In this document: piece after piece, positions 24,995 to 37,008 of the stretch | How positions within the stretch are numbered: the stretch's first letter is position 1 | Layout of the letters: each line of letters begins with the position of its first letter | DNA from: Toensbergia leucococca | Lineage: Eukaryota | Assembly (NCBI GenBank): GCA_022813965.1 | Contig: JALDZS010000038.1 | Coordinates: forward strand, 1-64,000 | Direction of reading: 5' to 3' | DNA: 64,000 bases | The notes under the pieces: model-generated | Told to the model about the DNA's origin: nothing | The model's input: only the letters and a program-made list of their open reading frames with translations | Database searches by the model: none | Translations under genes and position numbers: made by a program

Positions 24995-27392
24995 CTACCG
25001 TTCTCCCCCCTGCCACCCATTAAGATACGCCATAATCCCCACCCCAATCAGTACCACACCAACCATACTCGCCCAGGGCGCCGCCCTCCCAACGCCATCC
25101 CCGCCGCCACCATCACCTGCCATGACGCTCTCGAGCGCCTTAGTGAAAGCGGTGATATCTTTCGTGGCTGGTCTGTTGATTGTCATTGAGTCTGTGGGGT
25201 TGGGGAGGGGGTTGTGATTACTCCCGGGTGTGATGGTGGATGGGAGGTTAGTAGTGGTGGTATTGTTAGCTGAATGTCCTGCTGCATGGGTGACAGATGC
25301 AGTGAGGGCGCCTGTGTTGGTTTGTGATCGGATGCGCTCAACCATTTCCGCCAAGCCTTTGCTTTCTTCCTCTGCGGATTCGGCACGCCGTCGATAGCTC
25401 TCCATCACGAGCTTCATTTCGTCCATCTCCCTGACCATCAGTTCCAGTCGGTCCTGTAGCCGAGAAGTCGAGGCATCCACACTTTGGGTATCGCGATGCA
25501 ATCCTTCCACATTTTTGGTAACGGTTTGGGGATCTTGATGGTTTGATGTCCCATTCAAAGTCAGAACTTCGTTACTGTCGGAACCGTAACCATTCGGGAG
25601 ACGGTGCTGCGCCTGCTGGGTGGGGATTTCTGAGGGCGGTTCAAAGGCTTCTTCTTCCACGATTCCATCGTGGTTGCTGCTTCGGGGAAAATTACCCTCT
25701 AGTAAGTTACGGGCTCGTTCTTCTGCACTCTCTCGAGCTCTCCGCTCTTGCTTCAACATTGTTTCAAGCTGCCTAACTCGGTCACCTTGAGAGTCTATTT
25801 CTCGTTTGGCGGAAGTGAGCTCTTCGACGAGGGAGAGTATCTGACTTGAAGGAGGATCGGGCTTTATGGGTGAGTTGGTTGCTGATTTTGACCTCTCAGA
25901 TTCGGTTCGTTTGAGGAAAGGCTGGCATAATAGGTCTGTGGGGAAAGAGCGAGCGCTGTCTGGTTTTTCGGGCAGAGGTTGCTGAGGTGGTGGAGCTGGT
26001 GGTTGAGAGAATGGAGATAGAACTTCGAATTGACCTTGGGGTAAGACTCCATTAACATGACTGTCCTTGATCTCTTCTGGCCGCCGCTTGGGGGGCTGTT
26101 CGCCAGGCTCCAGCGTTAATAATGTACTGAAGAAGTCTCCTGTCCGGTGAAGATCCTGAGACTGTTGTTTCGCTTGCTTGAGCTCCGTCTAGAGTTTTGG
26201 TTAGTATCAATACCTATTTCACGTCGAGCATTCAGCTTACCGTAAGTTTCTTAACTACCTGCTCAATGGTGATTGGGTTCAACCAATAATTCATCTGTCG
26301 TTGTGGCCCCAAGACACCATTGTTACTGCCAGCCATACTTGGTGGGCCTGACATTCGACCGTTAATCCCCATTGACCCTTGACTACCGCTTCGTCCTCGT
26401 ATCTGTGACATTTGCTGTCCCGTAGGAGGGCCTATAAGTCCATTTCCGGAGTTGGCCTCAATATCCCCAAAATTGAGGTCAAGTCCGTTCGTACCGTTAC
26501 CGAATATACCCGCATGCTCCACTTTGGCAGATACCTTATGGTGAACAATGCTCTTTTGATCTTCGCTAACAATATCAATTCCCAACTCCAGCGTATCATG
26601 CTCTCGCAATTCATGTGGATCAGAGTCTCGATTTTCAGGAGATAACCTAGCTCCGTTTACAAATGTCCCGTTCGATGACTTGACATCTCGAATCCATATC
26701 TTACCATTCCTATCTGCCCACACTTCGGCGTGCTGTCTTGAGAGGACCTTCGAATCAAAATAGCCGTTAAGTGGTGTAGGCACAGTCTTCGCGTTGGTTT
26801 GTCGGCCTATTCTTAAGACTTCTGGGAAGAATGGTACTGTGATGTGCTTCCGCTCAAAAGTGCTGGTCAATGGTAGTAAGATCAAGACGGCAGGTGGTTC
26901 CGCCTGACTCGAAGGGATCTCTGGACGTCCACCGTTCTGCTGAGTTTGTATTTGAAGCCTGTTCTGTGAAGGTAAAACTGAAGATTGTTGATGCATTGCT
27001 GATATTGTTGAAGCAGCTGATTGGCCTGATGTCGTTGCGGGAAGTGACTGCGGTCGGGCAGTCGATATTCCGGAGACAGGTTCTGCCTTTGATGATGATG
27101 GCCAAAGCCCCCTTACGGGTTTCTTTCGTGGACCCCATCCGCCTTGCTCGCCATTAGTTGTAGGAGTCTCGCCACCATTGGTTTGAGGTGAAGGTGGAAC
27201 AGCAGTTGAAGATGACGATGAGGATGTGACCGAAGACGAGGAGTTTTGACGCTGAGCACTCTTTCGAGGCATGAACATGCGTGTAACCTCGTCGGCACTC
27301 ATGGTGTTCAATCCTCCTTGTCCATTATTACCAGAATTCCATTGTAGTCGGGGTAAGGGCTGAAAGCTTGGTGGAGATGCTACCGCAGTCAT
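24995..27392 (-). CDS. VPS64: FHA-domain, coiled-coil, tail-anchored STRIPAK subunit (Vps64/Far9, SLMAP-like)
   Basis: FHA core RIGRQTN…FDSKVLSRQHA…DVKSSNGTFVNG, intron 26240-26189, coiled coil, C-terminal TM ASMVGVVLIGVGIMAYLNGW. Confidence 0.9.
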
Positions 27393-29557
27393 CTGTGCGA
27401 ATGATTTGATTAACTAACAGGTCCGTACTATAGGCGGCTACCGGTAGGGTTTGGTTCGTGCTTCGTCCAGAATCTTCTCGGCGTGGTTCCCTCAAACCGG
27501 ACGAAGCGCCTGTGCGACGTGAACCGACGAGATAGGGGAACTTTCTCTCTGTATGTGATCTCTCATTGAATACTGTCTCAATCAGTCTGACGAAATGTGT
27601 TCAAGTACGAAAAGCTAGGTGGTGAAGACGTCGTCAACGTGGATCGGATGAGGTTGCATGTACTCCGTAATGTACTTGTGAGATGTGGAGGCGCTTGTGA
27701 CAGTTTACAGGGAGAGTGGGTCGACCAAAGGGGTTCGGGCTAGATGCAAGGTAATGCAAGATCGAAAGTCGTGGTGCTGGTAAGGAAGTTGAATGCAAGA
27801 TGGATATTCAACGTTGGTCTTGTGCGATTGCGAGGGGTCGTCGGAAAGGGTGTGGACAGTCTTTTCTTGGAATAAGCCGACGACACCACCGACGTGCCAG
27901 TAGCATCTATTCTAGTTCTATCCTAGCCGACGCTGGAATAGGCCTAGCCTTTACTCCATACTCCGCGGTACAAACAATGAACTCCACTCCTTTCACCCCT
28001 CTCACTCTTCTCAATCCTCAACTTCTACATCATCCTGTTATCACTCTGCCAAACTTCTGTTCATTTCAGAAGTTGAGCTTTCACCAGCCGCAGAAATCGC
28101 ACATGTAGCCACATCTCTTCACCAACTACACCAACCTACAAAGCACCGTCCGACCCAACCTTGGTATTACTGCAATTTGATTGAACTCTTTCTCCACTCC
28201 ACTCTTCCTTGCAAGCGCGTCTCTAGCAATTCTGCAAAAGAAATGCATGCGATAAGCCCAGGATATGTCGCGATTTGTCGCAAGCAGTCTCTTGATAATG
28301 TTCCTGCTCAGTTGTTTGTCCAGGAACAGTCCAAAGAGACTACCGATTAGAGTCCACTACGTATTTTCTCTAAGACTTTGAATGCGTTTGACAGTAAGAA
28401 ACCCTATGTGGGCTTCAATTAACCTTCCGTTTGTGTTTCCGACCCTACAAAATTCTACTTCAGACACATAAGGAGGATCCCCGAACTCCTTGTTGACTAT
28501 GGGTCTATCTAAGTCTACTTATCCTTGCCTAAACTTCTATTTCAACCTTGAGGTTGATACGAGGAGTTCGAGATACAATGGAAGCTGTAAAGCGAATCAT
28601 TGTCAGCCTCGGATTAACAGTATCCACAGGGAAGCTCAACTTACTGCCACAGCGTAGCTAGGTGATAACTCTAGAGTTGGCATACCTCTTAGGAGCTTGT
28701 GGAATAGTCAGATCAATATGTGCTGTTTTCGATGTTGTCTTCTGCATCCGAAGACGTGATGCAACAAAGCCTATTACTGTTCCAATAGTTCACAAGCACA
28801 TTGCAGCATCAGGAACGACCCAAGTACACCACGTCGTCACTTATGCGATTCGAACAACATCCACACTTCCCTGCTGCAAAATTCATCTTTGCGATTGCAA
28901 GGCAGGCTGACGACCTTCAAGCGTGTTTAGAGCATGAACGCATCACGATCACATCATCTTTTGAACACGCCTTCGTCTATCTACCATCCTATATCTCACG
29001 CTTACAACCTAGCTACATCATACGGTCAAGCAGATGAAAGATAACCGTATCAAAACAAGAATCTTAACTAATCAAGGCTAAAAATACGCAGCTTTTCAGC
29101 TAATCACCTTGGTCTTTCTCTTTCGCGGCACAATATGGAATTGAAGGCAGACAGAACCATTTCTGAGCTCTAATTGGTTGTCTTGAGCAGACTGGCTCAA
29201 TCTTCCCTCAGCCTTATCCTTATATGTACCAATGGGAATATGAGTGGCCATTGGCAAAGTCTTGGCGTTCAGCCTTGTTTCACTCATCTTCGATCTTAAC
29301 AATTTCTGGCTTGAGATGGCTTGAATTGGCTTGAATCAGCCGCTCGCCCCTCATCTCACAAATTAGCGTGTCTGTTTCTTATTCTTCTTGCCCTCAACAT
29401 TCCCCCCTTGAGATTGCTACAGTTGACCTGTTTTGAATGTAGTCATACAATTCGCTTTGATTTGCTCCCTTTGCTTTGTCGCTACGAACAATCTTCATCA
29501 AAACTTTGAAAATAGTCGCTATAGCAGACTACAAATCTTCGTTTCAAGAGAGGCTCC

Positions 29558-31140
29558 ATGGCCAACGTCTCGAACGCGTCGTTTCTTTTCTATGGCCATA
29601 ACGCCTCTACCGAGATTCTGCACGGACAACTTGATCAGACCCACAACTCGACTCTCTCTGCCTATTGGTTCAATTACCCTACCCCATGGCCCTACCTCCT
29701 CACCAGCGTTGCAATTTCAATCGGTCTAGGTTGGCACGGTTTCCGATCCTCTGCTAAGTCATGGCAACCCGTGCACAAGAAAAAGCACCAGCACATTCTG
29801 CTTCCATCAATAGAGGTTGATGAATTAGCGCCGCATGATGACGACGCCATAACTCCCGAGCCTACTCCGCAGCCTCAATTCTGTACAGACAGGAACAATT
29901 ATGGTTTCTTCAGGGGTTTGGTAGCTCGACAGGAGCACATGAGATCTATGACCAAGGAAGAACGACGAGCTTACGCAGAGAACAAAAATAACACTCTCAT
30001 CGTCGACGCTCAACACGCTGTCGAAGCCGAATATGCTGACAATCGACAGACTTTTGACCCAGCGGATGATATAAGACCCGATGGCGGTGTTGGAAAGTTC
30101 AACATGTACATCACTATTCTCGGCATCTGTTGGACTAGTGTTCGTGCTCTTTCGGTTTTTGCACTAGCCATGAGAATAGCTCATGGATCCGACTCCAACT
30201 CCTCATATCCCGGCCCACTCAGTATCATGATACTGTTTGCGTCAGCCCAAACTTATCTTGCCGGTCGGGGGATGCCACGTTTGTTTAATGTCGTCCTTGC
30301 CTACGACCTCGTTCTCATTTGGATCGCCTTCGTACTTAGCTCATTTGGACCTGGCAGTACCGTCAAATACTACGGAAAGATTGGCGTCCAAGGTGGAAAT
30401 TGCCCATTTTTTGACCGTGACAAATACACCGTGGACAACAATTGCGACTACGGCCGGTGGCCGACCGTCGGCTGCGCCACCAATTCGACCTGGGATATCT
30501 CAGCGCACAAGTATCCTCGTGTAGCTTGGTGGTTTACCGGTAGCCCGGATCCGAATACTTATGGAAACTCTCGACTCTTCAGTAGGATGTTGCACCAGGT
30601 GACGTATTTCATTGATCCCATGCTGACGGGATTAGACTTGACTTCAAACTGATAGGCATCGCCTATGGCTTGATTGCTCTCTTTCTCTCATTGCCAATGT
30701 ACTTTCTACCCTTCGCCTGGCGCTTACTCGGAAAACCCCTCCCAGCCGTCCAACTTCCCTTCCTCCGCCGCGTATCTTACACAATGTCGATGGCCTCGTT
30801 CGTCCTCGTACTTATCCTCTCTATCATAGCGGTGCCGCTCCACATTTCCGGCGAGCTTGATCCTCCTAAATGGTCGTACGTCGATTCTACGGGACCACTC
30901 ATCGATGCAAGAGTCTTCAACAGCGACAACGCGCAGACTGCGATTGATGGGACTTGGCCAAGCCTGGGGTGGAACCAAAGCCACGAGGGGACGGGAGATG
31001 AACCAGGTTTCCTTGGAGGTAATCAGACGAGTTGGAGTGATTGCTTTTTGGTGCAGGCGCCCAAGTTGAAGACTGGCCATCTGTCGGCGTGGTGGCACTT
31101 CAGTGAGAGCAGAGCCTTGAGGGTTTTGGCTGGGCTTTGA
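29558..31140 (+). CDS. Multi-pass membrane protein of unknown function
   Basis: 364-aa and 156-aa ORFs with several hydrophobic helices, joinable by an intron at ~30582-30655. The exact junction is uncertain. Confidence 0.7.
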
Positions 31141-31563
31141 GGGAGAGAATGATGTTGATTTTTTGAGCGCAGTGGGCTATTATCCGGTTACGGAGTATCT
31201 TGGCAATGATTGATGGGTTAGGGGTGGGGTATATAGACGATGTCTTATCTGCAAGATACTTTACTATATGATTTTCCAGTATAGCCGTGATGTATCTAAA
31301 GCCCAATTGGCAGTCAATGCTTCACCCCACCCGTATCAGGTGTTGCATCTTCATCCAGCGCAAACACATTAAATTACGAGTACCAAAATCCCTCAAAACC
31401 CTAGCGCGTGACCCGCTTAGCCTGGGCGTAATATTACTTACAAACTCCAGCATCCTTACTCTAGAATACCAGTGGACTACCTATTCCCTCGCCAGGAGCA
31501 TAGATCACTCAGCGCAAGTCGCTCACATAAACTCAGAATTTTTTTCCCGCCTAAGAACCAGCC

Positions 31564-32239
31564 ATGCCGCCAATGCCATCCTCCCAACCGGGAAGCGGGG
31601 GAATGCGCGGTCCCTCCACCTTCGACAAATGTACTCCCCCTCCCCAATTACCTCAATAGTGGTTCCTCGGACTGACCGTCCCAACAGGGAAAATGGGCGC
31701 AATGCTAGGCGGCTGTATGCTCCCCATCTTCTTCTGCTTTTTGTCATCAAACAGCGAGTTAGCAAGACCCTAACTCCTACCGCCCTAAAAAACAGCTGTT
31801 GGCCTGATCATGGGATTTATATTTGGTATGATTATAGGTTGTGTGGAGAGGTAGTGGGTACGGACAAGATTCTGATAACTATTGCAAACAGGAGGCTTTA
31901 ATATTATGCGCTATGGCGCTGGGCCTAGTGGGCCGATGCGGGCGCTGGGACAGTACATGGTTGGGTCGGCGGCCACGTTTGGGTAGGCCTTGCTTTCTAT
32001 ACACCTGTTTCTCATCTGTAGATATTTTGCTTTCTTCACATCCTTTCTTTATTCGGGACATGTTGTTTTCTTGTGACTGGGGCTGATGTTGCGAAATGGA
32101 TAGATTTTTCATGTCAATCGGAAGCGTGATTCGGACGGAGGGAAAGGATAAGGCGGTGGAGGAGGCGTATGCACGGGCGTGGAGGCAACCCGTGGTTATG
32201 CCCAGGCAATACAGTAGGAGGGTAGGAGAGGAAAGGTGA
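31564..32239 (+). CDS. MGR2: Mitochondrial TIM23 component Mgr2 (Romo1 family), 5 exons
   Basis: Hand-spliced: MPPMPSSQPGSGGMRGPSTFDKWKMGAMLGGSVGLIMGFIFGGFNIMRYGAGPSGPMRALGQYMVGSAATFGFFMSIGSVIRTE… Absent from the ORF track. Confidence 0.92.
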
Positions 32240-32481
32240 AGAACGTTGAGTGGGCAGGGGGAGCTTTCAGGAGTAGATAAGTGAAAGACGCCCTTGGAAG
32301 TTTGAGTTTGGAGACAGCGTGTATATAGCGTCTGATAACCCGAGTACGACCATCAGGCAAAACGGAGCGTTCCATACTTCCAAGGAATAAAACCCTAATA
32401 AATGACTGGGATTTATTGACTAAAGACTAATAGCCCACTTATCAAATCGATGCCGCAGGGTCCAACATAGTCATCCCATTC

Positions 32482-32943
32482 TCAACCACAACTCTTACAC
32501 TCTGGCCCCCGAATATCGTCCACCCTCCCCACCTTCTTCCCTCCGCCTCCAGACCCAGGGCCTCCGCTTCCCGAACCACCTCCACCTCCACCTCTACCCC
32601 AACTACCCCTATTTACCCTCGTCCCACCACCCGATGATTGATTCCGAACATTGAACGGTGACACTTCCCCAGCGGCATAGGCATCCAGCTAGCGAAAACG
32701 AGAAAGATCAGTTTCCGAGTTTATGGATGGGTAGATAAAGCAGGGAAAAACTTACGGAGAAAAGAGTGGTTACGTAGAGGCCGACGAAGGTGTAGGTGCC
32801 ATTTAGGAAAGAGCGGACGCGAGCGGAGAAGGGCGGGCTGTGAAGCGGGGTGAGGTCAGTGAGGTGTGTTTAAGGTTTGATGGAGAGAGGAACCTTTGAA
32901 GGACTTGGCCGTTGGAGAGGTAGGGACGCGATGGTGTGGTCAT
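32482..32943 (-). CDS. Selenoprotein K (SelK/SelG)-like small membrane protein, Cys form (112 aa, 3 exons)
   Basis: Exons 32943-32894, 32837-32756 and 32688-32482 give MTTPSRPYLSNGQVLQSPPFSARVRSFLNGTYTFVGLYVTTLFSLDAY…Gly-rich…KKVGRVDDIRGPECKSCG. Confidence 0.8.
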
Positions 32944-33193
32944 TCTTGCACGGGAACTGGATTTGTCGGTCTGTTGATTAAGGCGACGAGCGGCGATGAA
33001 GTTTGGAGCCGAGGCCACAGTCATTAGCCTTTAGCCGCGGCGTGCCGCGGCCAAGGCTTAGGCGCTAGAGAGAGCCACGCTAAGCTCTATTCCCCCACCA
33101 CCGTTGGTGGTTTTTCTGCCAAATTGGTCGTCTCACCGCCTTTAGTATCGCAAGATAGGTATCCCCCTAACAACAGACCTCCTTTCCAGCAAG

Positions 33194-34410
33194 ATGCTGT
33201 ATAAAGTGCGTTTACCAACTTACCTAAAAAGAGCCCTACATATTTACCAATGATCAATTGCAGAAGCGCAAGAGAGAACCAGACCCACCCCCCAACGATG
33301 AAATCAACACCTCGAAACCCACGGCCGTTTTCAAACCCTCCTCAGGACGAGCCTACACCCTGAGTATCGCCCTCCCAGGCAGTATAATCGCCAAGTTGCG
33401 TCCACCTTCTCAAAATTCCAGCTCCCGTATTGACCAGCCCCTCTAGCGCCCAATCCCCCTCCCTCCAAACCCTCCTAGCCGGCCAAATCGCCCGCGCCCT
33501 CGCCGTCTTCTGCGTCGACGAAGTAATCGTCTTCTCCGACACCGAGCCCAAACACCAACCAACCACCACCATCCCATCATCCCCCCCGCCCCCCCTCGCA
33601 GAAAACGATCCAAACTACTTCCTTCTCCACCTCCTCTCCTACCTCGAAACGCCCCCCTACCTCCGCAAACCCCTCTTCCCTCTGCACCCAAATCTCAGCA
33701 CCGCCGGTGCCCTCCCAAGCCTAGACATGCCGCACCACCTACGCGGCCACGAATGGTGCCAATACCGCGAAGGGATCACCATCCCGCAACCCGCACCCCC
33801 CAAATCTACCTCCCAAAACGCAAAGAAAACCCAAAAACACTCCAGCGTATCAATACCAACAACCCTCATCGACGCAGGCCTCGCCCAAAAAATCTCCATC
33901 CCAACTCCACTCCCCCCCTCTACCCGTGTAACCCTTCAATTCCCCTCGGAGACTCAACCGCCCCTCTCCGAACCTCTAACAGCAACCGCAGTCGCCCCCT
34001 CCACCCCACGCACCACATCAGGCTACTACTGGGGCTACACCACGCGCTTCGCACACACTCTCTCAACAATCTTCACCGAATCCCCCTTCCCACACGGCTA
34101 CAACCTCACCTTCGGCACCTCGGAGCGCGGCGTCCCCCTCGCCTCCATCCTGCACCCCGACAGCAAAAAGCCACCCATCCCGCAATTCGACCACATGCTG
34201 ATCGTCTTCGGGGGCGTGGCAGGGCTGGAGGCGGCGGTAGCGGCGGATGCGGAGTTGCAAGGGTTGGGCGTCCGGGAGCCGGGGGTGCTGTTTGATTATT
34301 GGGTTGATTTGTGTCCGGGGCAGGGGAGTCGGACGGTGCGGACCGAGGAGGCGGTTTGGATTGGGTTGATGGGGTTGAGGGAGGTGGTGGTTGGGAAGGG
34401 GAGGAGGTGA
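33194..34410 (+). CDS. SPOUT-family RNA methyltransferase (C9orf114/SPOUT1-like)
   Basis: TLSIALPGSII, GQIARALAVFCVDEVIVF, YLETPPYLRK, GYYWGY, PGQGSRTVRTEEA. Introns ~33206-33263 and ~33396-33447. Confidence 0.9.
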
Positions 34411-34738
34411 TGTTTGGGGGGAAGAGGAATTAGTCGGGTTGGTTTCGTTTGTGGATTGGAACAGTTGCGCCTTGTTTCTACTATAGATCGGATACCCCGC
34501 ATCCAAGGCCCGCGATTGCGATCCCTTCATAAGGGCCTTTTTACTCTCGATGTTCAGTTAGAACCCGCATACCCACAATCCTAATTCCCCTCCGATATAA
34601 AAAGGGCAAGGGTATACGCACTCCCACTCCACCCACCACTTCCTCCCCTTCCTTCCAAACTCCCCATCGTCCCCCCCTTACCCCCTCCACCCAAACAATC
34701 CCCTCTACCCCTCCCACCCAAATAATCACTTCTGACTC

Positions 34739-35482
34739 TCACCCACCCCCACCACCCCCAACCCCAACACTCATCCTCAACTGCCTCTCCCGCTGCCTCG
34801 CCTGCATCTCAAGCCTCTGCACCGCATACGCCAACCTCTCCTTCCTCCCCCTAACCTGCCTCAATCTCAAAACCTCCCTCTCCCTCTCCCTCTCCCTCTC
34901 CTTCTCCCCCTCCCCCTCCTCCCCCCTCCCCCCTTTCCCTCCCAATCCCCCAGAACCAGAACCAGAAGCAGTATCAGAAGAGGTCAAAGGAAGGAGAGAG
35001 GAGGAGGAAGAAGAAGTGCCAAGACGACCTTCCAGGAGCTCGGAGCGGGCAGCGAGGGCTTTTTCGCGGCGAGCGAGGCGGTCGAGCTGGGTTTCGAGGA
35101 GGGCGTAGAGGGTGGTTAGTTCGGGGAGGAGGGTGGAGAGGAGGGTTTGTTGGGCGGAGTGGAGGTGGGAGGTTGGGAGGAGCTCGAAGTGCTGTTTTTT
35201 TTTGCGCCCGCCCGCCCCGCACGTTGTTAGCAAATCAATCGATCGATCGATTGGGCAAGCACGCAACGACTTCCATGGGGGGTGATTTTAATTTGTGGGG
35301 GAGGGGGCCGGGGGGAGTGGTTTTTTGGGGGGGAGGGAGCGTACGCGTGTTGTGGAGAGGACTTTTGCGAGGCGTGGGAGGTCGGCTGTGCTGGATTGGA
35401 GGATTTGGAGTGTTGAGGCTAGGAGCGCGGTGCTGGAGCGGAGGGAGGTGAGGCTTGCGGATAGTGGGGCTGGGGAGGACAT
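34739..35482 (-). CDS. SPC19: DASH/Dam1 complex subunit Spc19
   Basis: SLRSS…DLPRLAKVLSTTR|HFELLP…RKERLAYAVQRL. Intron 35344-35192. Confidence 0.9.
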
Positions 35483-35879
35483 TTTTGTGAAGCCGTTTTT
35501 TTTTGGTTGCAGGTTTGCGATGGTGTTTTTTGGGGGGGGGGGTTTTATGATGTGTTTTTGGGAGGAGTGGAGGGGCTGGGAGTTATTTAGGAGTCACCGG
35601 GGGGGGGCGTATGAGGTAGGTAAGGCTGAGGGGTTATCTTAGAGCGGCTTTGGTGTTCTTGCCACTCCGTAGAGTATTGTACGGATATTCTATTCTAGGG
35701 CGGCGTTGGAGTTGCGGCATTCCCGCAACGTCGAACTGTGTTTCCTGTGACATCGAACCACCATTCCTTTAATCCAACACACATCTCCCTCCAAACGCCC
35801 ACTCCCTCCCTCCAAAGCATCGACAACGGTCAATTGATCCAGCCAGCCAACCCCCCCCCCTCATAACAAAAAGGAAAAA

Positions 35880-36423
35880 ATGCCGTCCCTCCTAGGCAAA
35901 AAATTCCCTGCGCCGGTCGGTAGGTTCTTCATTTCCCTCGCTCTTATCATGCCCCACAGCCTCCCAGACAGACTGCCTCCCCCAAGACACTCAGACCAAG
36001 ACTAATGCCTTTTTTCTTCCCGAACCAGCCGCGCCCATGGCACCTTTCTTCGCAGCCGGTACGCTATACTCCATTCCTCCCCTCCCCCCCTGTGGGAAGA
36101 AGCCATATACACAACCCCAATTCCGCCTACCCGAGAAGCATATCAGATGGTCAAGTAAAAAGGACGGGGCTTGAAGCTAACGCGTGCGGGAATACGGTCA
36201 GGGCTCGTGATCCTCTACGGCGTCAACTCTTTTGCCAATGTCATGATGAATAGTAAGTCCCCTTCCCCCACCCACCCAAGAAGGAGGAAGATTAGGAAAT
36301 TCTTTGCAATAGAAAGATGGGTGGACCAGCTTACGCGCTCAATTGTTTACAGCGGAGGACTTTAAGAATGATCCTCGGAATCCGGCTGCTAAGACGGCAA
36401 AACCGGCGGATAAGCGGAGTTAG
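35880..36423 (+). CDS. ATP18: Mitochondrial ATP synthase subunit j (4 exons)
   Basis: Hand-spliced: MPSLLGKKFPAPVAAPMAPFFAAGLVILYGVNSFANVMMNTEDFKNDPRNPAAKTAKPADKRS. Confidence 0.92.
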
Positions 36424-37008
36424 AGAGGGTTGGGGACGATGGTATCGAGGCCTGATTGTAACGCGAGATGGAAAGCAGGAGGTGCACAGAGTGTAGAGAA
36501 GGGGGTTTGTTCTAGGGGAGATTGGAGAAGTGTGCTCTTGAGGTTGTAGGCTTCATCATGGAACTAGATGTCTATGCGTTGAGCTTGCTAGAATGCAGTG
36601 CCTCTTTCGATTTGATGCCCTCTTGAACTAACATTTATCGCCCAAATCTTGAGCCACCCTCTCAATTGGCCGAGACACGCGAAATAAAGGTCGGATCTGG
36701 ATTGCGTGCTGTTTCTGGACAGAGGCCGGTCCATCGATTAAGCATCCTTTGTATCTCTGTCTCAGTATCTCACACGGAAGAGAAAATAAATAACCGCATA
36801 CGCTGGAGTTCCAGAGATGTCATGCACCAGGTATCCCCAGCGGAAAGGCCCATAACTCCGCTGCTAATGTATTCAAATGCCGCCATGTAAAACAAACTTT
36901 GAAGACCATGTGCTCCGCCTTTACCGAGAGTTCTAATCTACTTTTTGGAGAGTGTATCTTTCTTAAGGCCAATTGCACATAGGTAATGGTGCAAAGGTGC
37001 CGGAAAGA

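Noticed and set aside
31287..31901. 204-aa ORF in the track
   Set aside because: It runs through the promoter, exons and introns of MGR2, which explains the region far better.
32482..32484. TGA after the SelK-like CKSCG as a selenocysteine codon
   Set aside because: The Sec-equivalent position is already Cys, ascomycetes are not known to have Sec machinery, and I could not identify a SECIS. Read as an ordinary stop.
35236..35253. Perfect 18-bp palindrome in the SPC19 intron
   Set aside because: Essentially a (GATC)n micro-repeat, which is palindromic by construction. No further support.
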